A stretch of 64,000 nt of DNA, taken from the NCBI RefSeq assembly GCF_035594765.1, contig NC_085845.1:182606897-182670896 (forward strand). The letters run 5' to 3'. This DNA comes from Anolis carolinensis. Taxonomy: Eukaryota. The notes under the pieces are model-generated. The model did no database searches and was not told where the DNA came from. It saw only the letters and a list, made by a program, of their open reading frames with translations. Of the stretch, positions 1-12,437 are shown in pieces. The first letter of the stretch is position 1; every line of letters starts with the position of its first letter. Position numbers and translations under genes: made by a program.

Positions 1-916
1 CTAGCGCTGTTGAGACAGATGAAGAGGAAAACTTGGTTTTTCCACCGTTTCAGCCAGAATTGGAACTTTCCCAGCCAGAATTGGAGCCCTTGCACCTGCA
101 GGAGGTTTGCCTTCCAGAAATCTGCCAAACAAGCCCTGAATCAGAATCTCCCCCATTTTCTCGCCGTAGTTATTATCAACAACAAAAAGGAGTTCAACAG
201 GCTAATCGCAGAAGCCTGAGAATCGCAGCCAGGCATTCAGCTGATTAAGACTGCTTTCATGAGAACCTTTAGGGAGTCATGCATCTGGACACAGAGATTG
301 ACTTTCGGTTCTGGTTCCCCAGAGAAGTGTTCTTTGGTGGGAAAACGAGACCCTATTTAGGTTCCTTGCCCCGTAGGAATCTTGCGGAGTCAATTCGTCA
401 GCAACTGGAGTAGGTTGTGTGTGGACAGCGCTACTCCCGCTTCCAAGCCTTCGTTCCTGTTTCCAAGCCTTCGTTCCCGTTTCCAGCCTTGTTTTGCTCC
501 ACGGACCTTGCCTTGCTTCCTAGGACTCAGCCTTGCTTTCCAGGACCTTGCCAAGTATTTACCACGGATTTTGTCCCTGTTCCTCGTTCCTTGTTGCCTT
601 GAATCAAGCTTTGTGTACCAAGAATCAAGCTATTTCCTTGCCTTGCCTAAGTTTCATGGACTAAAGGACCTTGTCATCTCCCCTCACTTTGCTTGGCAAA
701 GTGAGTGTTTCGGTTACTGGATTACAACTTTGGACCTTACTATTTCATATTGGACATTGTTTTCCTGGACAATATTTGACCTTTCCTGAAAGGTCATCTT
801 CTGAACTATATTCTACACTTATTTTTATTGCCTTTACTTATTTCCTTAATAAAGATATTAGATAGATTCTGGCCTCTGTGTATGGTTATTGGTGCTCTGC
901 GGCCTGGGTCGTGACA
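1..916 (+). mobile_element. LTR of an LTR retrotransposon (Gypsy-like; 3' or solo LTR, 5' end outside window)
   Basis: Ends ...gtcgTGACA; AATAAA at 848; TATA-like cctatttag near 352; internal short direct repeats (cagccagaattgga x2, ccaagccttcgttcc x2); CpG retained; no PBS follows. Confidence 0.65.
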
Positions 917-2837
917 CTTGGGGACTGTAGTATAGGAGAGTGTATTGGAGCTTTCTTGTAGAGTATTCTAACTTTGCTGAACCATGAATCCCAGAATTTC
1001 ACATGATGTAACTGTGGCACCCAAAGTGATATCAAAGTGTCATAATTTTGTAGTGCAGGTACAGCAGCAAGAGAAATTGTAGTAATTTAGGGACAGGACT
1101 CAAGGAACCAGTATGGCTAGAATTTTAGCCTAGAAGTTGCTATGACTTGATGGGAATTATCCTTGCTGCATTGGCATGTAATGCTTAATCATAGTCTAAC
1201 TGTATTACGAAATGCATTTATCTCCTCCTCCATATAGTTGTGAAGAAATGTTTCATGGTTTTCATTTTAGACTTATTCAATTATATAGGTATCCTGGAAG
1301 AAAGGACTGTGTTAGTTTAATCTTTGTTCTTATTTTAGTTTTCTGTAACACAGGAAGGTCACTGTTTGGATGCATTTAAATGTCTAACAGTACCGTATAA
1401 TTCTTAGGAATGAACTACATACCAGCTAAATGCAATCTGCTGTAGCCATGTGTGTTTGCCAATGTCAAAGAAAAATGCAGACACATTTCAGTAAATGAAT
1501 TGCTTTTCAGGGCAAACGGATAGAAAACACTGGCAAACTGTGCAAAATTATACATTTGAACCAGGTGGCCGTGAGAAAAGGTTTCTATAAAGAAGAATAA
1601 CTTTTAGAGCAGTAAATGCAGGGTTGTTTATGGAAGTCACCTAAGATTCTAGAATAGCAAAATATTTTTAAGAAACAGTCACTGGGAAATTCAACAGATG
1701 TTTGAATCCGTGGTTCTATAAAAAAAAAATAACAGCTGTGTTTACCTTCCCATTGCAAGAAATCTACATCTTGCCACCCGTAATGCTTTCATCAGTTATA
1801 TCTCAGGTGATTAAGCTATTACCGTGTAAAAATAAAATGTTCTGGAACTATTGTAGGTGGTGTTTACTTTTAACTTATTTTGTAAGCTTTGTGTAGTAAT
1901 TCATATTTCGTGAAGTCATGTAGGAAAGTCTTTAAGATCATGACAAATACTAAAGTTGCCCTCAATGCGATGTGAAGGAAACAAGTCAGATTTCTATTAT
2001 GAAATGATATGAATCCTAAAACAGCATAATTAAAATTAGGAGGGACCATGTCATTTAACAAACACACTTTTCTCTTTGGACCATAGTATCTCTTGTGAGT
2101 ATTAAGAAATCAGAATGCAATGTCCATGTTTCCTTTGTTTTGAATTTGCCTTCCTCTGAGGCTGAGAGAATGTGACTTACCCAGGGTCCCCCAGTGAGCT
2201 TCCATGTCTGAGCAGAGCTTTTGTTCATGCTTGTTATATTATTCCTTTTAAATGTTCTTGTTGCTTTTCAGTTGGGATGCTGGCCCTTTTGCAGATTGAC
2301 TTATTTAAAAGACAAAGCCCTTCTTGTAACATCTGACTTGTAAGGAAATCCTGAACCTATACAGATCTGACAAGTGTTTGTAAATTGATCAGCACATATG
2401 CCATTATATGACCAGAAAATGATATTGCACTAACCATGGTTGAGGAAAGGAGGTGGGAGGTAGCATTCTGTGATGAGAAACTCCAAGGTGTTTTGCAGTT
2501 TCAAGTTCTTGTTAATTATATGATATGAGATTTTCAGTGTTGATGGTGGAAGAAGCCGGCATTTCTGTTTTTGGCTTTCCTGACATTACAAAAATAGTCA
2601 GAGACAATTATGGCCCAGTTTTCACTTTGATGTGTTGAAACTGTCTCTAGTTTGTACCACTTCAGACAGTATGGGAGGGCTCTCTTCATAAAATGGTTCA
2701 CATAAAACTCCTGAAAACTGCAAACAAGTAAGAAAGATGCTGACCCCGAAGTTATATGTTTAGGGATGTTTAGAATGTGTTCCCTCAACAAGCAAATGTG
2801 TCACTTTCTCAGATACTCATGCAGACAATTTCATGAC

Positions 2838-2886
2838 ATTGGACTGGATGGCCCTTGTGGACTCCTTCAACTCTATAATTCTATGA
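2838..2886 (+). mobile_element. CR1 LINE 3' tail remnant
   Basis: ttggactggatggccctt...caactctataattctatga (ATTCTRTG-type end). Confidence 0.65.
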
Positions 2887-4187
2887 ATGTTGGATTTTAA
2901 AGTATTTTGGATTCTGATAAGGGAAGCTCCATTTATAGTTATTTCTGGTAGATAACTTTTAGTAATAATAAAGATATGACAGCATTACGTTGTGATTGCA
3001 AAAATGAAATAACTTTACTTCTATTGTAGTGTAAATGGACCTTTAACTTACATTTGTAGCTGTGGGAATCCTGACTCTCTAATGATGGAGGAAGAATGTT
3101 GTATCATTCTCATGCTGTCTTTTACTGAACCCCGTGGTCTATTGTAGGACTTGAAGTGATGAAGTAGATGGAGGGAGAGTGTTCTGCACTCTGATTATTA
3201 ATAATGCTGTTATTTAATTTTGAGGCATAAGAAAGTAAACAGGTACGTTTTTAAAAAAATGATTGTAACACTTATTGAGGGATTTAAAAAATTTAAAGGT
3301 GATGACAGTTAAACAATTGTCTGACTTTTGTCCACAGTCCTTTAACATTTGGAAGGCCACAAATTGCCTGGCCCTTTCTTAATCTGAGGCAAGCAACTGA
3401 ATTTTTCATGTAACTGATAACTTTATGCTCATGTGGGTTGCTCCAGGAATCAACTTTGTTCCAAAAGTCTTAATCTAGCTTTTAACTTCAGGCAGGCTTT
3501 ATTTAGATGATTGTTGCTGGCATTGTTTCACAACTGAGGTTTCCTTGAGGAACAAACATGAAGCACTGACTCATAGCATTAAAATAAGAATTCAGTTGGA
3601 AAACTAGGTAACATAGGAACTACTTTTAAGGAGAAAAATGACGGACACATCCCACTCTCAACACCTCTGCCGATCAGAATTGGAGTTCAAGCTATCGCTA
3701 AGCACATCCTGTTCTGCAAATTTGAGGATCAAAGCATTCCACTTTTTCCATAATGTGTTGCTGACAGTTAAAATTAAAATGCAGTCTCTTTTTTCTCTGC
3801 AAAAGAATTGTTTCCTGCTCTTTTCTTTTGGAGACAGAGAAAAAACATGTGACTATGAGCAACAGCAGTGGAAGTGGAGGCTAATTTTGCACCCTCAGTT
3901 GAGTACACTGAGACATTTTTGGCAATCCAAAAGTTACTAAAAGTTAATCTCAGTTTTACATTGTTTTCAACTAATTTTCTGTAAGTTGTGAAAGTATGGC
4001 TTGTAAACTGGGCTAAAATGTCTTGTTTTGGTTGCTTTAATGACATTTGTGGCAGTTTTCAGGTGTATCTTATCTTTATTTTTTATTTTGGGTGGTGTCT
4101 AGGCAGAGAAGGTGGTTGAGGGACCACAGTTTGTTCATACCTGCAGAGAGAATAGCTAAATGGAAGCTGATTCTTAACTATCAGTTA

Positions 4188-4587
4188 CAAGCAGTTCCCA
4201 AGCTACAAACAAGATAGGTTCTGTAGATTTGTTCATTAGTAGAATTTGTTTCTAAGTCGGAACAAGTACATTTTAAAGTGTAATTTCAGCCACACACACA
4301 CTTTGGAAAGTATAGGGAAGGGTTAACACCCCTGTGGCGTTCATTTTGCTGTCTGTGCCCCTGTTCAGAAAATTTCACCGTACTTTCTGGATTTTGAAAA
4401 ATTCAGCTCCTTGTGGAAACAAGGATTGGTACACCATTGGTACACAGTTGATACACCATTTCTCCATGATAACTCTTTCAAGAGTGAATTTCCCTTCCGA
4501 AGGGGTGGATTTCTCTCTGTTGTCTCACCCCCGTTCTTAACTATGAGTTGTTTGTAAATTGGATGTTTGTAACTCAGGGACTGCCTG
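4188..4587. mobile_element. Tc1/mariner-superfamily (Tigger/pogo-like) non-autonomous DNA transposon
   Basis: TA flanks; TIR caagcagttcccaagctacaaaca vs reverse complement of right end caggcagtccctgagttacaaaca. Confidence 0.8.
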
Positions 4588-6217
4588 TATTTAAACAAAT
4601 TATCTTCATAAAGCAAAGTTTGAAACTGTCATGTTTCAGTAGACCATAGTTAGTCTGCCTGATTTGAGGAATAATGTTAAAGTTCTGGAACTGATGCACA
4701 GTTCACTAAAATGGAAGGACATGTTTCCAGGCCCCTCTTCATGGCTGTGCCACAGAAACAGAAATGAAGTGGAATATGTAACTAACTATACACCATGGTT
4801 TATTAAATCTAAATGCAGCCATTAAGTGTAAACGACAAAACTCTTGATCATTCAGTGAGGTACTTGCCACATTTTAAGATAAAAGGGATAAAGTGGGCAT
4901 GGTGGCACAATTTTAAGACGTCAGTATAACTCCTTGAGCTGGCCTCAAATGACTTAGTAGTATAGTGAAATATCTTGAGTGTGGTAACAAGACTTACTCA
5001 AGAGGTCTTGATATCTGAGCTTCAGGAAGAACATTTATAAGATTTCATTCCCTTAAGATTGCTTAACCGTGACAATATCCTGTTCTGTTATCATAATGAG
5101 ACATATATTTGTTTCTTCTTCGCCTTTTTTGTAAGGAGTTTGCAGTAATTTGGGTAGGTTTGTCCCCTTATCCAGGTTCATTGGGCCAGATTTTCAAGCT
5201 TTCAGCATCAGGTCATCTGCATTCAGACCTTTTAGTGACAATACATTTTGTTGACCCTGAAGAAAGCTCCCTCTGAGTTCAAACTGGGGTTTTCTCCCCA
5301 GTTTGAGATTGAGCTGTCTAGTGAATTTACTCACCCTTTGGGAAATGGCAGCTGGTCGTATTATGAGTAATTGTGGGTTTTGTTTTGTTTTTGTTTCTTG
5401 AGGGAATGTGATTCAAATCCTCTTTGGCAAAGGCTGGAGCTTGCCTTCACCCAAACACTGTTGTTGCTTATTGTTGACATACTGAATATTTCTGTCAGTT
5501 CTAATGGAATAGGAGGGAGAAATGGAGTCAATGAGTAATTGAATCTTATGTGCCAGAGAAAATAAAGGGCAGCAAATACCCAACCAGAATAATGAGCTTG
5601 TGCATTTGTCCCTCTGCACTGTGTAGCTTTAGAGAATGGATTGGGACTTGGTTCTGAAGCAGTTACATCATCCCAAATATTTAATCTCTCACTTTTTGGC
5701 CTTCTGGTGAATATTGGTTTTGTTACTGTTAATATACCTTTGAGTTGACTCTGATTTACATAGGCTACTTCCATGCTTCTTGGCACATTCTAAGATACGA
5801 AGGGATAGAGTGGGGAGTTTTTTGGTAGCACTTATTCAGAGAAAATTTGCCATTGCCTTCCTCTAAGGTTGTGAGAGTTGCCTTGCTCAAGGCACCTTTT
5901 CACAATACATAAGTATTACATCTAAATGCCACTTTGTGATCCTGGTTGCATATTATGTTATTCTGGAGTTTGTAAATCAACAGATCATGAGCCCCATGGG
6001 ATGGAAGTGTGGCAGTTGGACTACAGTATTCTAATTGTGTAGTGTGAAAAATCCCTATGTCACCAAATACTGTTCGGGGGGAGGGGGGATTCAGAGCCTG
6101 GTCTCCCAGAGTTCCAGGCCACCATTCAAACCACTACATCACACTAACTCTCCAAGATAAGTTTGAAAAGTGTTATTTTCAACAGAATTGACCCTACTAT
6201 TAGGCAGAGTGATTGTA

Positions 6218-6450
6218 TTATTTATTTCATGGTATATATACCCTACCCTTCTCACCCTGAAGGGGACTCAGAGCGGCTTACAAAAAGGCCCGATTTGATG
6301 CCGCATATATATACCTACAATAACACAAAACATAAACATTAAAACCAAAAAGTTAAAAACATCTCAATCTTAAAACCAATTAATTAATAACCACATAATC
6401 CAAAGGCATAGTCCAGGAGCCATTCCAGTTGAATTGCACTATTCCATGTA
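6218..6450 (-). mobile_element. L2/Anolis SINE2-type 3' end
   Basis: Reverse complement reads gccgctctgagtccccttcagggtgagaagggt...aaataaataa, the same tail as at 24570-24632. Confidence 0.65.
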
Positions 6451-6524
6451 TGTACCTCAGGCAGAAGTTTTTAAGGGCAGTTGACTGGAGGTTTTTTAGT
6501 GCCTGCTTCTTAAACTGTAAATCC

Positions 6525-6950
6525 TGACCCCAAAAATGGGCAACAGCAACCACATTGTCCGTGGCTTTAAACGGTTCCTCCTCAGTACATGAGGCAGGAC
6601 AGTGTGGGCAAGCATACATATGTGGAGTTGTTTCTTCTGCTCCACAGTCACACAAGGTGGAGGATTCCTCCAGGTAGTGCCATCTTGCCAAGTTGTCTTT
6701 TGATCTGCCCACTCCGCTTCTAAGTCTGTTCAGGGACTTCCAAGTTGCCCATTCTTGGTTTGCCCCTGGAGGCAGACTCTCATGGGGGGCCATCCAGTTG
6801 AGATTGCCTGGTTTAGCTGCTCAGAGGAACACTCTTGCTGTTGCTGGGGGAACATCAAGAGGAGTGGTGATTCTCATGAAGCCCTTCCTTAATTTGAGTT
6901 TGGTGGGTGGGGGCTGATAGTCATGCAGTGGATGGCTTTCACGATGTTCT
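6525..6950 (-). mobile_element. Vingi/Ingi-type LINE, C-terminal ORF fragment
   Basis: WATWKSLNRLRSGVGRSKDNLARW...CDCGAEETTPHMYACP zinc-knuckle motif; upstream in-frame stop shows decay. Confidence 0.8.
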
Positions 6951-7905
6951 GCAGAAGATGCTTCAGCTGTACTTCATAAAAAGCAAAATTGTCCTGTTTA
7001 GCAAGCCGCGCAAATGCTGCTTTGTTATCAGTAAAGGTTTGATTGTTATATCTATTTTATATATCTATATACCTCAGATCACGTAAAAGTTTATCTGGCC
7101 AAAATAGCTCTTAGTGGAATAGTTTAAGAAGCCCTGGTTTAGGAGACAAGTAGCTGAAATGTAACTGATTTTACTATGAGGAGTAGGGAGAGTCATTTAT
7201 AAAATGTTCAGCTTTAGGTTTCAAAATATTGTGACTGCTTTTTTGAGGGATTCGATTTTACTGTTCACCTCAAGCGCTGACATATCTTGGGCCAACCCTG
7301 CATTTCAGAAAGCACGACTTACAAGTTGAACAGATACAAAGACATCAAAATGTGAAATATTGCTTTTTCCCCCTTTTCCCCACAGACCTTAATAGGCTAA
7401 ACTTTTAGTTCAGACTTGTTCATCCAGTTACTCTTCCTGCTAAAAATCTGCCCAAGGCAGGTCCGGTTCAAAAAGTTTAATAGATAAAAGGGAACAGAAT
7501 AAGCAAGCACCATTGCTTTCTTTGGCAGCCAGACAAGTAACACACTTTGGTTTTGTCTGTTTGTTCATGAGATTCAGGAATGATCCACATCCTTTATGAG
7601 CTAGATATTCAAACTGGAGAATGAACTAAAGAAAGGTATTCAATCCTCAAATATTCAATACTGTAAATCAGTGTTTCCCTGGTGTTTTGGACCTCAGCTC
7701 CCAATTTCAAACTGCGTTATATGGCAGTGTAGTGGGGCCTGAAATATCTAGAGGACTAGAGTTTGAGAATCAGTGCTCTAATGCAACTGGATGCTTGGAA
7801 TTCAGTGACTGAATGGATTGAAAACTTGCATTAACAATCTTTTGAAATATCATATGATGGATTCAAAATTGTGCATGTATTTCCTCTTGGACCTTTCCTC
7901 TAGAT

Positions 7906-8040
7906 CAGTGATTCTCAACCTGGGGTCCCTAGATGTTTTTGGCCTACAACTCCCAGAAATCCCAGCCAGTTTACCAGCTGTTAGGATTTCTGGGAGTCGA
8001 AGGCCAAAAACATCTGAGGACCCCAGGTTGAGAACCACTG
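7906..8040. mobile_element. Palindromic hAT (Charlie-like) MITE
   Basis: TIR cagtg(a/g)ttctcaacctggggtcc; fully fold-back; flanks ctctagat/ttcgagat. Confidence 0.9.
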
Positions 8041-8064
8041 TTCGAGATAAAGATATTAAGTATG

Positions 8065-8203
8065 GAGTTTTGTGTGGCATCTAAGATGCCAGCCACAGAT
8101 GCAGGCAAAATGTCAGGAGTAAATGCTGCTAGAACATGGCCCTACAGCCCAGAAACCATGCGACACTCCAGTAATTCTGGCCATTAAAGTCTTTGACAAT
8201 ATG
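8065..8203 (+). mobile_element. Penelope-like element pseudo-LTR remnant with short inverted 5' piece
   Basis: aagatgccagccacagatgcaggc...ctttgacaat; TSD taagtatg at 8057 and 8204. Confidence 0.75.
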
Positions 8204-8439
8204 TAAGTATGATTGCTTAGGAGCCAGAGCCATAGAAATCAATTGAGTTTACTTTGAGGCTAATATATGTACGTTTACGGAGGTATAGTCTGTATAGAGG
8301 CTCAAGAGTCCTTCATAACTGAGGCTAGTTTGAAGGTGATTTCCGTGCAGCATCACTCTTGCCTCTGGGTCTATGGTAACTGCCTTAGACCACACTGGCA
8401 TATGTAAACAGAGAAGTTTAAAAAACAGCAACAAATCAG

Positions 8440-9515
8440 CAAGGTGAGATTTGTATCCACAACTAATTTATTGCAGAATAGATCAAAGACATAAAATGTC
8501 AGAATCCCAGGTGCCTTCACAGGCATCTCCTATTTGAGGCCACTCAGATGTATCATCAGTGAACTCAAACTTATTTTGGACAATAATGTTGCCCTCTCAA
8601 GGATTCTAGGTGAAGAACTTTACTTGCCTACAGAAAGATTCCCAATCTCAGTTGCTCACCTACAGAAAGGCACTCAAGACAGATGGGGAGTCAAGTACAA
8701 GACCTTGCCACAAACCCAGATGCTAACCCTGCCTACACATCCACTTGGGAAATGTCATCACAGAATGTAATCGAACCACGCACAATATTAGAGATACTTT
8801 TAATTGCTTAACCATTACCATAATAGATGCCATTCTCTGGCAACAATGCTCTTCAGCACTGTACATTGGATAAACAAACTAGTCTCTACACAAGAAGAAT
8901 GAACATAAATTAAACATAAGAATGGGAATACACAAAAAGTAGTTGCAGAAGACATCAGTCTTCCTGGACATTCCATCTCTGATCTTAGAACAGCTGTTCT
9001 TGAACAAAAAAGAAAAAAAAACTGCAAAGGAGGATTAGAAAGGATGACAGAAGAATTAAAAGAATCCACAAACTTCAGTCCACCCATAGTAGGTTGGACA
9101 GAGACAATTGCTTCTTGGCACACTGCATAATGTAACACTAGCTAACACCCAGTTTCATGAGAGCTCTCTTGCCCAGTTTATCGCATCTCCTTTCTGGTTC
9201 CCAGCCAGCATCACACTATTACAGTAACTCCATCCAACATTCATATGTTTATCTATTCAGTCTGGCTTTAGGCAACATTTTTCTTCCTGCCTTTGTCCCC
9301 CCAATGGGCATCATTAAAGCTGAATGTGTCACCTCATCACCATACCCACAAGGTTTGCATTTCTAGTCTGCCTATAAAGGGTATTTCACTGCATATATTG
9401 GAGGAAGTAGTCCTAATCTACAAAAACATATGCAACCAACTGCTTTCTCTTGGTTAGTCTCTAAGGTGCTACAAGACCCCTTTACATACTGATTCAGACT
9501 AATACAGATATGCCT
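8440..9515 (+). mobile_element. Decayed Neptune-type Penelope-like element (linker, Cys knuckle, GIY-YIG endonuclease, pLTR)
   Basis: Frameshifted translation gives PLRCIISELKLILDNNVALSRILG, TRPCHKPRC*PCLHI, QQCSSALYIG, SLPGHSISDLRTAVLEQK; ends in gttagtctctaaggtgctacaag...cagactaa. Confidence 0.75.
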
Positions 9516-10251
9516 TTGAATTCTGATGAAGAACAAGTTTGTTCTAGTTCTGTTTCTGGCTGCATAATCACCTGGCTACTTGTGTATGTGGTTAAATCTA
9601 AGGCTCATTTGAAATCTCTGTTTCTGAATAATATAATTGGCCAGTGTCCAACATTTTGTACTATATATACCTTAGCATGGCTCCTCTGTCTTCCTAAATT
9701 GTGGAAGTGAGAATCCTTCAGGCACCAAAGTAGGGCAAAACAGGAAGGCTGTAAAGAAGTTTACATCTCCAGTGATCCACCAGCATTTCCTAGTTGATAG
9801 AACAATTGCTATACTTGTTTTGGTTCAAAAGCTATGGAATGCAACATCTGCCATAATTACAAATAAACATCATAGGTAGCTCTTGCATACTTTTCAACAT
9901 TTCACAGATGAAAACTTAGACACATGTGGCTAGGCAACATCAGAGTGTGGTTAAGAGGGCAAAGGTTGTTGATGAGAAAGAACACACTTGATCTAAGAGA
10001 AGGCTCCTCCTCTCCTCCCTACTGAGTTAGCTTAGTACTAATCTTGCATCTTGAACACAGCTTGCAGCAATCGAAATGAGCTGAGGACAAAGTGAAAGGA
10101 AGAGAAAAACTGGGAAACAAAAAATCTAATGTCTTTATAAACCCAATTTCATTTGCAAAACAGCATAATTGGAATCCTTTACAATTGTGCTACATGCATG
10201 ACAGGGTATTCAAAGTTTCTTGGTCATTTAACTTGAAAAAATTGGGTTCAG

Positions 10252-10650
10252 ATCATCATCATCATCATCATTTAATTACTTATTAATCGCCCTCCATCCA
10301 AGATGCTCTAGGCGATTTACAAGATAAAATAGTAAAGGATAAAAATACATACATACAAATATTGATAAAATTAACATAGATTAAGAGCTCTAGTAAAGAG
10401 CCAGGTCTTAAGTGCTAGGATAAAAGGCCCTAACTCATGCATGGCTCTCATATAGGGCGGCAAGGCATTCCATAAGGCAGGGGCAGAAATAGAAAAAGCT
10501 CTGCGTCTGGTCCTTTCCAAGTGCACTTCCCTAGGACCCGGTATGTAAAGTAAGTCGCGTTGAGATGGTCGTTGCGACCTCCGATGATGGGAGAAGGAGA
10601 GACGGTCCCTAAGGTACAATGGGCCCTGGCCATAAAGATTCAAAAGCCAT
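10252..10650 (-). mobile_element. L2 LINE 3' fragment
   Basis: GPLYLRDRL...RRAFSISAPALWNALP...LKTWLFTRA (L2 ORF2 C-terminus) plus (ATG)n tail. Confidence 0.9.
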
Positions 10651-12302
10651 AAGAATTCTGCAATTTGCATCTGCTGAAAATTGGTGCTGTTCCACAGAAC
10701 TTTGCCCCAAGCAACCTTGATATAAGTCACCACTCCTGCTGTTTACCAGGGTTATATCTTCAGAGACATACATTTTTCCTTCCCCCTGCCTCCTTTCATT
10801 TGGAACTGGAGTCAGAACTTCAAGGAGTCTTAATTACAGAGCAGAATCGTGCATGTGTTTCCTGAAAAGAATACAGAGTTACTTTTTTGTGCAGAAGTGT
10901 TTGGGGGTATTTTTAAAATACACGTTGCAATAGTTGCAGTTTCAGTGTGAGGGAGGGAAGAGAAACATTGTGAGCATTGTAGAATCGATCCAGGATTTAG
11001 GAAAGGCTGAGTGTGCTGCTGCGGTTATCCAGTCTGTTGCTAGTCTCAAATTAGCTATTCGTGCCATTCTGGTCTCTTTCTCTGGTGCCCAGTCAGTGGT
11101 TTTGGGAAACTTGCAGTGACTTGAGCGGAAGAACCAAGAGGGAGAGCTGGAGAATCCTGTCCTCTCGCCAACATGCATGACTAATCATGATATCACACTC
11201 CTTTTGGTCCATGAATGTACACCCCAGTGCTTTTTCCTCCTTATAGCCAACTGCATTTGCAAACTGAAGATGAATCTGAAGTTTCCTCCAGTGATGTAAT
11301 GGGGGGAACTTGTTTGTCTAGCTGCCTGAAAGGGGAAAGAGTGGGGGGAGAATATGAGCCATGTTATTGGGCTCACTGATCAAGAGATGGCCGTGACAAT
11401 GAAAGCAGGTTTTGAAATACCCTCTGGCCTTCCTTCTGGCCAATTCTCTTTTGAAAGTCTTGTATTTGACTTTTACCAATACCCTATATACACGCATGCA
11501 TAAATCTAAATACGTTAGTTAAAAAAATAAAACTTTAAAAACAATGTTGCCTTATCTATAGATTATTCTAAGCTTTGTGCCTTAATTATTATTGAAAATG
11601 AACCATCCCCTTTTCATGTATTGAGTGCAAAAGCTTTAGGGAGAACCTAAAAGTACTGCAGCGGGTCATTGTTTCTTTTAGATTTTTCTGGGATGGACTA
11701 AGCTCTTGCTTTTCACCACTCTACTCAGATAAAGGGATTATTATTTTTAATAAGAATTACTACTGTGCCATAAGTTATGGCACATAAGGTTGACATATAT
11801 ATGAGTATAAATGGTAAGCAGGGCCAGCAACAGGAACACTTTAAAAATGTAGTTTCTTATACTTTAGAGGCCAAATGATTAAAAGAGGCATCTATGTTAT
11901 GAGCAAGTGGGATGGCAATCCTTATTTAAGAGGCAAATTGTTGTTTGGGCAAAACATTTACTTAGCCAGGGTATGTGTGTTTTTAAACTAAAGTGTAACA
12001 AACTAAATTCAGAACAAGAGCAGGAAAGGGAATATGAACCCAGAGCACTGTTCCCACAGTCCAAAATTAAGTCTTCCTGTGTTGTACACAAGCCAACCAT
12101 CATGACCATGGTGTGACATTCTGATGGGGTGAGGAAGATTTTGTGAAATTGGACAGAATCCAGAGTGGGTCATGTAAGGACTGGGGAGATATTTGAAATA
12201 TTTATGCACTGTTTCCAAACTGTGTTTGTGTGCCCCCCCAGGTGACTTTTAAAATGACTTTGTTATGACAAAATTGTAAATGGAACATAGCACCGTTTAT
12301 AC

Positions 12303-12437
12303 CAGTAGTTCTCAACCTGTGGGTCCCCAGGTGTTTTGGCTTACAACTTCCAGAAATCCCAGCCAGTTTACCAGCTGTTAGGATTTCTGGGAGTTGAAGG
12401 CCAAAATATCTGGGGACCCACTGGTTGAGAAGCACTG
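12303..12437. mobile_element. Palindromic hAT MITE (same family as 7906)
   Basis: cagtagttctcaacc...ggttgagaagcactg; flanks gtttatac/ctctatac. Confidence 0.9.

Noticed and set aside
50-560. CRISPR-like repeat-spacer pattern in short direct repeats
   Set aside because: Irregular 2-3 copy repeats inside a eukaryotic LTR; no constant spacers or cas genes.
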